64,000 bases of DNA from Candidatus Iainarchaeum sp. (GCA_023129115.1 JAGMCR010000009.1:27064-91063), one strand, 5' to 3'. Shown: positions 38,417-47,801, counted from the first letter of the stretch. Program-made: numbers and translations. The notes: generated by a model not told the origin, from the sequence alone.

Positions 38417-38711
38417 ATGAAAGGCGATTCACTTCACAAGGGCATGGAAAGTTAGGCTGGACAAGAAGTTCAGGCTAGTTCTGCCTTTGGAAGCGAGGGA
38501 GTCGCTTGGAATCACGGACGAGGTTCTTGTTGTTTTTGACGGCAAAGCGGTAGCCATAACCAATTCGAAGGGCGAGAGCGGGAGAGCTATTTCAAAGAAT
38601 GTTGTTGAGTGCGGCTCGGGTAGTGTAACGGCTGGCACAGTAGGTTGTGGTCCTGCTAGAGCGGGTTCGACTCCCGCCCCGAGCCCTAAACGAGGTGGTG
38701 AAGATGATTAA
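38417..38711 (+). CDS. his leader ORF1: AbrB/MazE/SpoVT-like protein, apparently requiring a +1 frameshift at CTT-CAC (38432-38437)
   Basis: 0-frame MKGDSLHKGMES* (38417-38455); +1 frame TRAWKVRLDKKFRLVLPLEARESLGITDEVLVVFDGKAVAIT...EDD* has no canonical start before the AbrB motif. Confidence 0.7.
38613..38685 (+). tRNA. tRNA-His(GUG) or tRNA-His-like element
   Basis: G-1 + GCTCGGG/CCCGAGC + C73; D arm GTGT/GCAC; GTAGG-TTGTGGT-CCTGC; GCGGG-TTCGACT-CCCGC; CCA not encoded. Confidence 0.88.
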
Positions 38712-38866
38712 GGGTGTTTCACTTCACCAAAGCCTACTTTCTGGAGACGCAAGGCTCGGCAGCCCTCATAGCTGAAGCAGTCATTCTCAGGAATGGCATT
38801 GTTTGCAATGTAGAGATTATTGTTAATGGTTCAATGCGGGGCAAAGCAGAGGTGAGTTTTTCATGA
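38704..38866 (+). CDS. his leader ORF2, putative +1 frameshift at CTT-CAC (38722-38727), coupled to hisD
   Basis: GAGGTG RBS; 0-frame MIKGVSLHQSLLSGDARLGSPHS* (38704-38775); +1 frame TKAYFLETQ...AEVSFS* ends in ATGA overlap with the hisD start. Confidence 0.6.
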
Positions 38867-40035
38867 ATGAAAAAGTTCAGGGAATTATCCTGGATGTTCG
38901 GGAGAACGGCGACGCAGCTATTCGCAAGTATGCCAGGCAATTCGACGGCGTTGAGATGGACTGTCTGGAGGTAACAAAAAAAGAAATCCGGGAAGCGTAC
39001 GCCGCCTTAAGCGAGAAAGAATTGGCTGCGATAAAAAAAGCCGCGTCAAACATCAAGTGGTTTGCAGAGAAGCAGAAGCCAAAGGAGTGGATGGAAGAGA
39101 GGGAGGGGATGCTCCTCGGCCAGATAGTGAAGCCGCTTGACTCTGTGGGCGTGTACGTGCCCGGCGGGAATTATCCACTGCCGTCCTCGGCCCTCATGGG
39201 CGTGATACCGGCGAAGGTGGCTGGCGTAGGGGAAATTGTCGTGTGCTCTCCAAAGGCAAGGCCGGCGGTCCTGGTGGCGGCCGACATTGCCGGCGCTGAC
39301 AGGATATTCAGGATAGGGGGAGTCCAGGCAATAGCTGCAATGGCGTATGGCACAGAAAGCGTTCCAAAGGTAAGCAAGATTGTTGGGCCTGGGAACGCCT
39401 ACGTGACCGCAGCCAAAAAACTGTTGTTCGGCGAGGTCGGGATTGACATGCTCGCGGGGCCGACCGAGGTCATGATAATTGCCGACGAAAACGCGAACCC
39501 AAAGTACATCGCAGCCGACATGCTCGCGCAGATGGAGCACGACACGAATGCGGAAGCGATTCTGGTCACGACATCAAAGGAAGTTGCTGCAGAAGTGGAG
39601 AAGCAGCTCGAAAGGCAGCTGGAAACGCTTTCGACAAGCGGGATAGCGAGCGAGGCAAAAAAAGAGATAATCGTTGTTGGGAACCTGGGCGAGGCGTTTG
39701 AGCTGGCGAACGAGCGTGCGCCGGAGCACCTCGAGATAATGATTCCGGATGAGGGGCTGCTGGAAAAAGTGAGGAACGCTGGGGCAGTCTTCATCGGCGA
39801 GTACAGTGTGGAGGCTGGGGGCGATTACGCCACTGGCCCCAACCACGTTCTGCCGACTGGCGGCTTTGCAAAAGCAAGGGCGGGCCTTTCGGTCATGGAC
39901 TTCGTGAAAATGCCAAGCGTCCAGATTGTTTCCAAAGAAGGGCTGGAGAACTTGAGGGAAACCGTTGGGACACTGGCGGACATGGAGGGATTGGAGGCCC
40001 ACAAAAAATCAGTGGAGGTGAGGTTCGATGGGTAA
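38863..40035 (+). CDS. hisD: Histidinol dehydrogenase
   Basis: GVYVPGG, GPGNAYV, IDMLAGPTE, APEHLE, GDYATGPNHVLPT. Confidence 0.96.
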   Translation: MNEKVQGIILDVRENGDAAIRKYARQFDGVEMDCLEVTKKEIREAYAALSEKELAAIKKAASNIKWFAEKQKPKEWMEEREGMLLGQIVKPLDSVGVYVPGGNYPLPSSALMGVIPAKVAGVGEIVVCSPKARPAVLVAADIAGADRIFRIGGVQAIAAMAYGTESVPKVSKIVGPGNAYVTAAKKLLFGEVGIDMLAGPTEVMIIADENANPKYIAADMLAQMEHDTNAEAILVTTSKEVAAEVEKQLERQLETLSTSGIASEAKKEIIVVGNLGEAFELANERAPEHLEIMIPDEGLLEKVRNAGAVFIGEYSVEAGGDYATGPNHVLPTGGFAKARAGLSVMDFVKMPSVQIVSKEGLENLRETVGTLADMEGLEAHKKSVEVRFDG

Positions 40036-41647
40036 GAAACCAAGAAAGTGCATTGAGGCGTTGAAGCCGTACGTATGCGCCAGAAGCCTTTTCAAAAAAG
40101 GCGTGATGATGGACGCAAACGAGAACTCGATAGGCTCAGCCGTAAGCAATGGGCTAAACAGGTACCCGGACCCGGCATGCAGTGAACTGAAGAATGCTTT
40201 GTCGGAATACGTTGGTGTTCCCGCTGAAAACATATTTGTGGGGAACGGCTCGGACGAATGCATTGACCTCTTGGTCAAGTGCTTTGTGGAGGCGGACGAG
40301 AACGTGGTGGTCCTCGAGCCGACGTATGCAATGTACCGGGTCGCCGCAGAGTCCTATGGCGTTGAGTACCGGAGTTGTTTGCTTGACGAGGGCTTCCAGA
40401 TAGACTTCGCGGAATTGGAAGGGATTGTTGACCGCAAGACCAAGCTGGTCTTCTGCTGTTCCCCGAACAACCCGACCGGCAATAGTTTGGAGAGTGTGCT
40501 TGAGGTGGCGAAGAGGCTTGACGCGATTGTCGTGGTGGACGAGGCATACGCCGAGTTCTCGGGAAAGGGCCTGGCCGCTGACGCCGTGGGCTATGACAAC
40601 CTGGTTGTGCTCCGGACCTTTTCAAAGGCGTGGGGGCTTGCTGGCGCGAGGGTCGGCTACTTGGTTGCCGCCAAAAGGATTGTCGAGTGCCTGGACAAGG
40701 CCAAGCTCCCTTACAACGTCAGCGCTGTCTCGCAGCGGCTTGCGCTGGGCGCGCTCAAGAACAAAGGCAAAATGCTCGCGATGGTGGAAGAAATAACCAG
40801 GGAGCGGGAGAGGATGGCGCAGGAGATTCGCCGGATGGGGGGCGAGGCCTTTGCGTCAGAAGCGAACTTTGTTTTGTTCAGGTTTAACAAGAATGCCAGG
40901 CAGATACAGGAAAGGCTTGCACGCAAGGGCATCGTGATAAGGGACAGGTCAGGGCTGCCAAGAACAGGGAATTGCCTGAGGGTGACTGTCGGGGGAAAAA
41001 GTGAAAACGATGAGTTCCTGAAGCGGCTTGGGTTGGCTGTCGCCGATGCAGTCATCTTCGATATTGACGGCGTGCTTGTTGATGTGTCCAGCTCTTACAG
41101 GGAAGCAATCCTGCGGACAGTGGAGTGGTGGGGGGGACAGGCAACGAATGGCGACATCAGCCGGCTCAAGGGCTTGGGATTCAATAACGATTGGGACGTC
41201 ACGTATGCGCTCGCGAAAAAAACTACGGGCGTGGACCGGGGCGACCCGGATTACTCCCTGCTGAAGCAAAAGTTTCAGGAACTCTACCTCGGTGGGCTCA
41301 TAGACAAAGAAAAAAAGATTGTCAAGCCGGAGATGCTGGACAGGTTAGTGGGTTATAGGCTTGGCATCGCCACCGGCAGGCCAAGAGCCGAGGCACTCTA
41401 CTGCCTGAAGGGCTTCATCCCGAAATACTTCAGAGAGGGGTGTATAGTGGCGCTCGAGGACTGTGGGAAAGAAAAGCCGGACCCCACACCGCTGCTCAAG
41501 GCAAAGAAAGCACTGGGGTGCAAGGCGCCAGTGTATGTCGGGGACACTGCAAGTGATGAGCTCGCGGCAAAGGCAGCGAACATGCCCTGCATCATTGTTG
41601 GCAGGGACATCGAGGACGTTAACGAATTACCGGAGGCAATGGGATGA
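40028..41647 (+). CDS. hisC: Histidinol-phosphate aminotransferase fused to a C-terminal HAD phosphatase
   Basis: NRYPD, GNGSDE, SPNNPTG, RTFSKAWGLAG.R; then FDIDGVLVD, TGRP, KPDP, VGDT..D. Confidence 0.93.
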   Translation: MGKKPRKCIEALKPYVCARSLFKKGVMMDANENSIGSAVSNGLNRYPDPACSELKNALSEYVGVPAENIFVGNGSDECIDLLVKCFVEADENVVVLEPTYAMYRVAAESYGVEYRSCLLDEGFQIDFAELEGIVDRKTKLVFCCSPNNPTGNSLESVLEVAKRLDAIVVVDEAYAEFSGKGLAADAVGYDNLVVLRTFSKAWGLAGARVGYLVAAKRIVECLDKAKLPYNVSAVSQRLALGALKNKGKMLAMVEEITRERERMAQEIRRMGGEAFASEANFVLFRFNKNARQIQERLARKGIVIRDRSGLPRTGNCLRVTVGGKSENDEFLKRLGLAVADAVIFDIDGVLVDVSSSYREAILRTVEWWGGQATNGDISRLKGLGFNNDWDVTYALAKKTTGVDRGDPDYSLLKQKFQELYLGGLIDKEKKIVKPEMLDRLVGYRLGIATGRPRAEALYCLKGFIPKYFREGCIVALEDCGKEKPDPTPLLKAKKALGCKAPVYVGDTASDELAAKAANMPCIIVGRDIEDVNELPEAMG

Positions 41648-42219
41648 AAGTTGAAGTGGAAAGGAACACAACGGAAACGCAGGTTGAAGTAAAGCTGGAC
41701 ATCAATGGGACAGGAGAAAGGAGGATAGACACGGGCGTTGGGTTCCTGGACCACATGCTTGAGTTGTTCGCGAAGCAAGGGCTTTTTGACCTGGAGGTGA
41801 AGGCCACTGGGGACCTAAGGGTCGACGACCACCACACTGTCGAGGACGTCGGGATTGTGCTGGGCCAGGCGTTCAGGAAAGCGATTGGCGACAAGATAGG
41901 CATTGGGAGGTACGGCTACTTTGTCCTGCCAATGGACGAATCGCTTGCAATGTGCGCCATTGACCTTTGCGGGAGGGGCTCGCTTGTGTTCAACGCAGAA
42001 TTCGAGAGGGAGCGGGTCGGCGACTTGAGCACTGAATTGGTCTATGACTTTTTCAAGGCGTTCGCGGACAACTGTGGCGCAAGCGTGCACGTGAAAGTGT
42101 TCTACGGGCGGAACGAGCACCACAAGATAGAGGCAATCTTCAAGGCGTTCGCAAAAGCGATGCGCATGGCCTGCGAAATTGAAGGCGGAGGGATTCCGAG
42201 CACGAAGGGGATGCTATGA
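41644..42219 (+). CDS. hisB: Imidazoleglycerol-phosphate dehydratase
   Basis: FLDHML, DDHHTVED, NEHHKIEA, PSTKG. Confidence 0.96.
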   Translation: MKVEVERNTTETQVEVKLDINGTGERRIDTGVGFLDHMLELFAKQGLFDLEVKATGDLRVDDHHTVEDVGIVLGQAFRKAIGDKIGIGRYGYFVLPMDESLAMCAIDLCGRGSLVFNAEFERERVGDLSTELVYDFFKAFADNCGASVHVKVFYGRNEHHKIEAIFKAFAKAMRMACEIEGGGIPSTKGML

Positions 42220-42806
42220 TTGCAATAGTTGACTATGGCATGGGAAACATTAGGAGTGTTGAAAAGGCTCTGCAGAAAGCCGGGGCAGAAGTAGTGGTAA
42301 CCAGCGATGCCGAAGCAATTCGGGAGGCGGATGGCGTCGTGGTGCCGGGCGTGGGTGCGTTCGACAGCGCGATGAAGAGGCTGGGCCCGTTCAGGGAAGC
42401 AATCCTTGGCTCGATAGAAGACGGAAAGCCTTTCCTCGGCATTTGCCTCGGGATGCAGGTGCTGGTCGAAAAAAGCGAGGAGGGAAAGGAGCCCGGGCTG
42501 GGGGTTGTGAAAGGAAGGGTCGTGAGGTTCCGTGGCGTGAAGACGCCGCATGTTGGGTGGAACCAGCTGGAGATGGAGCCTGGCTGCCCGCTGTTCAAGG
42601 GGATTCCCCAGGAGAGCCGGGTTTACTTCGTGCACTCCTATTACGCGGTCCCGGGCGAGCAGGTGATTGCAAGCAAAACAGAGTACGGTACAATGTTCTG
42701 CTCGGCGATATGGAAAAAGAACGTGCTGGCGACGCAGTTCCACCCCGAAAAAAGCGGCGAAGCCGGGCTGAAGATGCTCAAGAACTTTGTGGAGTTGGTT
42801 GAATGA
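42216..42806 (+). CDS. hisH: IGP synthase glutaminase subunit
   Basis: DYGMGN, PGVGAF, GICLGMQ, QFHPEKS. Confidence 0.96.
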   Translation: MIAIVDYGMGNIRSVEKALQKAGAEVVVTSDAEAIREADGVVVPGVGAFDSAMKRLGPFREAILGSIEDGKPFLGICLGMQVLVEKSEEGKEPGLGVVKGRVVRFRGVKTPHVGWNQLEMEPGCPLFKGIPQESRVYFVHSYYAVPGEQVIASKTEYGTMFCSAIWKKNVLATQFHPEKSGEAGLKMLKNFVELVE

Positions 42807-43468
42807 AAGTGATTCCGGCAATAGACATCATGGACGGAAAAGCAGTGAGGCTTGTGCAGGGAGACCCAAACAAAAAGAGGGTTTACGGAGAGCCTGCAGA
42901 GGTAGCGGAAGCCTTTGCGGAATGCGTTGACTTGGTGCATGTGGTTGACCTTGACGGCGCGTTCGAGGGCAGGCCGGTGAACACGGGCACAATCAAGAAG
43001 CTGTCGGGAATCGTGCGCGTGCAGGTGGGCGGCGGAATACGCTCTGAAAAAGCATTGGCGGAAATCCTGGAGTGCGCAGCGAAGGCAGTCGTAAGCACGT
43101 GGGTGCCAAAGGAACTCAGCCGGGTAGTTGTCTCGCTCGACGTGCGGGACGGGGTGGTCTTCACCAGGGGATGGAAGGAAAGGACGGATGTGGACGTGGT
43201 CGAGTGCGCGAGGCGCCTGGAGTCACGGGGCTGCAAAGAACTCATAGTTACGGACATTGATTCGGACGGGACGCTGGAGGGGCCGAACATGGAGTTAATC
43301 AAAAGGGTCGTGCGTTCGGTGGAAGTGCCTGTGACAATCGCTGGTGGAATCAGTTGCCTGGGGGACATAAGAAAGATTAAAGAGACAGGGGCGGCGGCTG
43401 TGATAATCGGGAAAGCCTTGTACGAGAAAAAGTTTGGCCTGGAGGAGGCGATTGAGAGTGCTCGCTAA
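42803..43468 (+). CDS. hisA: ProFAR isomerase
   Basis: [39 protein letters not shown]. Confidence 0.95.
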   Translation: MKVIPAIDIMDGKAVRLVQGDPNKKRVYGEPAEVAEAFAECVDLVHVVDLDGAFEGRPVNTGTIKKLSGIVRVQVGGGIRSEKALAEILECAAKAVVSTWVPKELSRVVVSLDVRDGVVFTRGWKERTDVDVVECARRLESRGCKELIVTDIDSDGTLEGPNMELIKRVVRSVEVPVTIAGGISCLGDIRKIKETGAAAVIIGKALYEKKFGLEEAIESAR

Positions 43469-44195
43469 AAGAATCATTCCTTGCCTGGACGTTGACTGCG
43501 GAAGAGTGGTGAAGGGAACAAAGTTTGTTGAGCTGAAGGACGCGGGCGACCCCGTGGAACTGGCCAGAAGGTATGATAAAGAAGGGGCGGACGAGCTGGT
43601 TTTCCTGGACATAACCGCATCCTCTGACAAGCGGGGGATTATGCTTGACGTCGTGAAAAGGGTTTCCGAGCAAGTGTTCATACCGTTCACTGTTGGGGGC
43701 GGCATAAAAACAATTGAGGAAATCAGGGAGATACTGCGGAACGGTGCGGACAAGGTTTCCCTGAACACTGCCGCGATTGAGGACCCTGCTTTGGTGAAAA
43801 GCGCTTCAGAAGAGTTTGGCTCGCAGTGCATCGTGGTCGCGATAGACGCGAAACGGGGCAGTGTCTACAAGTACGGCGGGCGGGAGGACACTGGCATGGA
43901 TGCAGTGCAGTGGGCGAGGCGGGCCGAAGCGCTTGGGGCAGGGGAAATCCTCTTGACGAGCATGGACGCCGATGGCACGAGAAAAGGGTTTGACCAGGAA
44001 TTGACGAGGGCCGTGGCAGGGGCGGTGAACATACCCGTAATCGCGTCGGGAGGGGCGGGGACGCCCCGGGATATTTACAATGTTTTGGAATATGCGGATG
44101 CTGCGCTGGCCGCGGGCATCTTTCACTATGGCGCTTACTCCATTCAGGAAGTGAAGGACTACTTGAGGAAAAAAGGAATGCAGGTGAGATTATGA
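43458..44195 (+). CDS. hisF: IGP synthase cyclase subunit
   Basis: [40 protein letters not shown]. Confidence 0.96.
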   Translation: MLAKRIIPCLDVDCGRVVKGTKFVELKDAGDPVELARRYDKEGADELVFLDITASSDKRGIMLDVVKRVSEQVFIPFTVGGGIKTIEEIREILRNGADKVSLNTAAIEDPALVKSASEEFGSQCIVVAIDAKRGSVYKYGGREDTGMDAVQWARRAEALGAGEILLTSMDADGTRKGFDQELTRAVAGAVNIPVIASGGAGTPRDIYNVLEYADAALAAGIFHYGAYSIQEVKDYLRKKGMQVRL

Positions 44196-44758
44196 AGGTA
44201 AAGTTTGATGAGAAGGGCCTGGTGCCCGTGATTGCACAGGACTGCGAGACGAACAAGGTGCTGATGCTGGCATACGCCAACAAGGAAGCGCTGGACAAGA
44301 CAGTGCAAACTCGGGACGCGTGGTACTGGAGCAGGAGCAGGAAACAGCTCTGGAGGAAAGGCGAGGGCAGTGGCAACACTCAAGCGGTTGTGGACATACT
44401 GAGTGACTGCGACAGCGATGCACTGATTTACCGGGTGAAACAAAATGGCGTTGCGTGTCATTTGGGGAATTACTCGTGCTTCAGGACAATCCTTGACGAA
44501 GTCTACGGTGTAATCCAGGACAGGGCGAGGAACCCGACGCCTGACTCATATACTTGCAAGCTAATCCGGGACAAAGAAAAAATCCTTCGGAAGATAAACG
44601 AGGAGGCGTACGAGCTGGTGCTGGCCGCAAAGGAAGGGAACAAAAAAGAAATCGTGTGGGAAACAGCTGACCTTCTTTACTTCGTGCTTGTGCTTCTCGC
44701 GGTGAATAACGTAGGGCTGGGCGATGTATGGAGTGAACTGAGGAGGCGAAGAAAATGA
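44192..44758 (+). CDS. hisIE: Bifunctional PR-AMP cyclohydrolase/PR-ATP pyrophosphatase
   Basis: WSRSR..LWRKGE.SG, DCDSDAL, ACHLG..SCF; SYT..L, KI.EEA.E, E.ADLLY. Confidence 0.94.
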   Translation: MKVKFDEKGLVPVIAQDCETNKVLMLAYANKEALDKTVQTRDAWYWSRSRKQLWRKGEGSGNTQAVVDILSDCDSDALIYRVKQNGVACHLGNYSCFRTILDEVYGVIQDRARNPTPDSYTCKLIRDKEKILRKINEEAYELVLAAKEGNKKEIVWETADLLYFVLVLLAVNNVGLGDVWSELRRRRK

Positions 44759-45609
44759 TTAAGGTTGTTCTGCCAAAGGGCAGGCTTTTCAAGGAAGTGG
44801 TTAAGCTCCTGGGGGAAGCTGGCTACACGCTCAAGGGGACGGAAAGGTCTTACCGGCCTGCCATCAATGACCCGGAGATAGAAGTCAAGATAATGAAGGC
44901 CCGGAACATCCCGAAGCTTGTGGAGCTTGGCTCGCATGACTTGGGCATCACGGGATACGATTGGGTTGTGGAAAACAAGGCAGACGTAGCCGAGCTTCTG
45001 GACCTTGGCTATGGGCGGGTGCGGCTGGTCGCTGCTGTCCCAAAAAACGGGTGCAAAAGCATTCAGGGCCTCAAAGGGAAAAAGGTTGTGGCTGCATCGG
45101 AGTACCGGAGCATCACAGAGCAATACCTTGAAGAGAACGGCATTGAATACGAGTTCATCCAGTCGTTTGGCGCGACAGAAGTATTTCCGCCGGAAGATGC
45201 CGACATAATAATTGAGAACATAGAGACCGGCGAGACGCTCAAGCAGAACAACCTGGCCGTGATAGGCACGCTCATGGAATCGAGTGCGAGGCTGATAGCG
45301 AACAAAGAAAGTTTGGAAGACGGCAGGAAAAAGAAGAAGATAGAAGACATAACCATGCTGATTAACAGTGCGCTGATTGCGAGGGAACGGGTTTTCCTTG
45401 AGATGAACGTGTCGGAAGAAAAGCTGGAGGCTGTTTGCAAGCTCTTGCCGGCAATGAAGTCCCCAACAATAAGCAAGCTGTACAGCGACGAGGGCTATGC
45501 GATAAAAGCGGCGGTAAAGAAAAACGACGTGCCTGCATTAATCCCAAAGCTAAAGCAGGCGGGAGCGACCGACATACTGGAATTTGAGCTGCGGAGGGTT
45601 GTGGCATAG
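44755..45609 (+). CDS. hisG: ATP phosphoribosyltransferase (long form)
   Basis: [34 protein letters not shown] regulatory domain. Confidence 0.95.
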   Translation: MIKVVLPKGRLFKEVVKLLGEAGYTLKGTERSYRPAINDPEIEVKIMKARNIPKLVELGSHDLGITGYDWVVENKADVAELLDLGYGRVRLVAAVPKNGCKSIQGLKGKKVVAASEYRSITEQYLEENGIEYEFIQSFGATEVFPPEDADIIIENIETGETLKQNNLAVIGTLMESSARLIANKESLEDGRKKKKIEDITMLINSALIARERVFLEMNVSEEKLEAVCKLLPAMKSPTISKLYSDEGYAIKAAVKKNDVPALIPKLKQAGATDILEFELRRVVA

Positions 45610-45647
45610 GGAAAGAATAAAAACAACGCATTCAAAAGGTGATTGGC

Positions 45648-46901
45648 ATGTTTCAAACAGTGCGCGGCATGAGGGACCTCGAGCCCGAGGAAATGCGGAA
45701 GAGGCAGTTCTTCTGGGACAAGGTCAGGAAGGTTTACGAGAGCTACGGGTTTGCGCGGCTCGAGACGCCTGCCGTGGAAAGCTTTGACTTGTTGTCTGCC
45801 AAGGGAGGCGGCGGCCAGGAAATCAAGAAAGAAATCTATTACTTCAAGGACCAGGGCGACAGGGAATTGGGGCTGCGGTTCGACATGACCGTCCCAACCG
45901 CGCGCTACGTCGCGAGCGACGCGTCGCTGCCGAAGCCGTTCAAGCGGTATTGCTACGGCCAGGTGTGGAGGTACGACCGGCCGCAGGCCGGGCGCTACCG
46001 CGAGTTCACGCAGTGTGATATCGATATCTTTGGGATTGCGACGCCCGCTGCGGACTTTGAAATCTTTGCGGCGACTGTCGACGCGTTCCTCGCGCTCGGG
46101 TTCAAGAAATTTTTCATCCGCGTGAACAACAAGAAGTTGCTGGCGGGGCTGATGGACGCTGCGGGAATCAAGGACGACAAAAAGCTTGACGCGTGGCGCG
46201 CGATTGACAAGCAGGACAAAATTGGGTGGGGCGGCGTCGAGGAAGAACTGAAGAAAAGGAAAGTCCCCAACGGAAAGAAAGTGATTGCGCTGATCAAGGG
46301 CAACAAAATCACGAAAGAGATTACTGCCTCGGAAGCGGGCGCAAAAGGCAAGGAAGAAATGGACGCGTTCCTTGCCTTGTGCAAGGCCGCGAAAATGGAG
46401 AAGTACGTCAAAGTCGACTTGTCTCTCGTGCGGGGACTGGAGTATTACACTGGGATTACTTACGAGGTCATGGCCGGCGGAAAGTGGTCGTGCGGCGGCG
46501 GGGGGAGGTACGACGACTTGATAAAACTGGTTGGGGGGCAGGACACGCCCGCAGTGGGGATTTCGTACGGCGTGGACCGCGTGATTCAGTTAATGGGCGA
46601 GGCGGGCCTGTTTCCAGAGCTGGGGGGCACGAAGTGCTTCGTGGCCGCGGTGAACGACTCGGTGCGTTTAAAGGCGGCTGAGATAGCTGCGGGGCTGAGA
46701 AAAGAGGGGGTTTCAGCCGAGACCGACTTGGCGGGAAGAGCCCTCCGCAAGCAGTTCGACTACTGCAATTCCCGGGGCATCCCCTACTGCGTGATTGCCG
46801 GGCCCAAGGAGCTGAAAGACAAGCAGGTGGTATTGCGGGACATGGGGACTGGCAAAGAGGAGAAGGTCAACCTCGCCTCGCTCGCCGGCAAGCTGAAGTG
46901 A
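45648..46901 (+). CDS. hisS: Histidine--tRNA ligase
   Basis: LRFDMTVP, RPQAGRYREFTQ, RGLEYYTG, GGGRYD. Confidence 0.96.
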   Translation: MFQTVRGMRDLEPEEMRKRQFFWDKVRKVYESYGFARLETPAVESFDLLSAKGGGGQEIKKEIYYFKDQGDRELGLRFDMTVPTARYVASDASLPKPFKRYCYGQVWRYDRPQAGRYREFTQCDIDIFGIATPAADFEIFAATVDAFLALGFKKFFIRVNNKKLLAGLMDAAGIKDDKKLDAWRAIDKQDKIGWGGVEEELKKRKVPNGKKVIALIKGNKITKEITASEAGAKGKEEMDAFLALCKAAKMEKYVKVDLSLVRGLEYYTGITYEVMAGGKWSCGGGGRYDDLIKLVGGQDTPAVGISYGVDRVIQLMGEAGLFPELGGTKCFVAAVNDSVRLKAAEIAAGLRKEGVSAETDLAGRALRKQFDYCNSRGIPYCVIAGPKELKDKQVVLRDMGTGKEEKVNLASLAGKLK

Positions 46902-46934
46902 CTTTTATATAGTTTCGGGGCTAAAAACAACACC

Positions 46935-47801
46935 ATGACCACTACGCTAGCCCAAAATCTCGGGGAAGGCGAGCTAAAAGAGCTGATTCTGGCTATTGCA
47001 GGCGTTACAAAGGAAATCAGCGCCGGCTTTTTCGACAAGGACGGCGGCTCTGCCGGCACCGAGAACGTGTACGGCGACGAGCAGCAGAAAATGGACGTCT
47101 GGGCCGACGGGAAAGTGATTGAGGCCCTGAAGGCGAGCGGGCTGGTGGCGTGCATCGGGAGCGAGGAGCAGCCCGAAGAAGTCAAGACCGGGCAAGGCAA
47201 GTACGCTGTCGCGGTGGACCCGCTGGACGGCTCGGGAAACCTCGGGGCGGGGCTTCTTGTGGGAAGCATTTTCGGGGTCTACGAGGGCGACACTGTCGTG
47301 AAGCCGGGGAAGGAACTGAAGGCCGCGCTGTACGCGCTGTACGGGCCGGTGACAACGCTGGTCGTGACCACCGGGAATGGCGTGGACGAATACGTGCTGG
47401 AGGGCGGCGAGTATTTGCTGCGGGAGACTGGCCTGAAAATGCCCGAGGGCAAGTTTGTGGTGCCGGGCGCTTCGAGGGACATCTGGACAGATGATTACAA
47501 GGCACTCATTGACTCATTGTGCGAGAGCGGCGTGAAGATTCGGAACCAGGGCTCGATGGCCGCGGACTTTCACCTCGCTTTGAAAAAAGGCGGGATGTAT
47601 ACTTACCCCGGAATCAAGGGCGCGCCCGAAGGAAAAATCAGGCTCTTGTTCGAGGCCAATCCCCTGAGCTTCATCGCGGCGCAGGCCGGGGGGATGGGGA
47701 CGGACGGCAAGCAGAATATTCTCGATATTGTCCCCGGGAAGCTCCAGCAGCGGACGCCTGTCTTCGTGGGGAGCAAAAACTTTGTTGAGAAGGTGCTTTG
47801 A
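46935..47801 (+). CDS. fbp: Fructose-1,6-bisphosphatase class I
   Basis: N.YGDEQQKMDV, SEE, DPLDGS, GK.RLLFEANP. Confidence 0.94.
   Translation: MTTTLAQNLGEGELKELILAIAGVTKEISAGFFDKDGGSAGTENVYGDEQQKMDVWADGKVIEALKASGLVACIGSEEQPEEVKTGQGKYAVAVDPLDGSGNLGAGLLVGSIFGVYEGDTVVKPGKELKAALYALYGPVTTLVVTTGNGVDEYVLEGGEYLLRETGLKMPEGKFVVPGASRDIWTDDYKALIDSLCESGVKIRNQGSMAADFHLALKKGGMYTYPGIKGAPEGKIRLLFEANPLSFIAAQAGGMGTDGKQNILDIVPGKLQQRTPVFVGSKNFVEKVL

Noticed and set aside
38487-38711. 74-aa ORF starting at TTG as listed in the ORF track
   Set aside because: That start falls in the middle of the AbrB-like motif and lacks an RBS; treated as part of the longer trans-frame ORF1.
38400-38862. Classical His-rich attenuator peptide or T-box leader
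   Set aside because: No run of His codons, no clear terminator/antiterminator pair and no T-box sequence seen; only single His codons in the CTT-CAC context.
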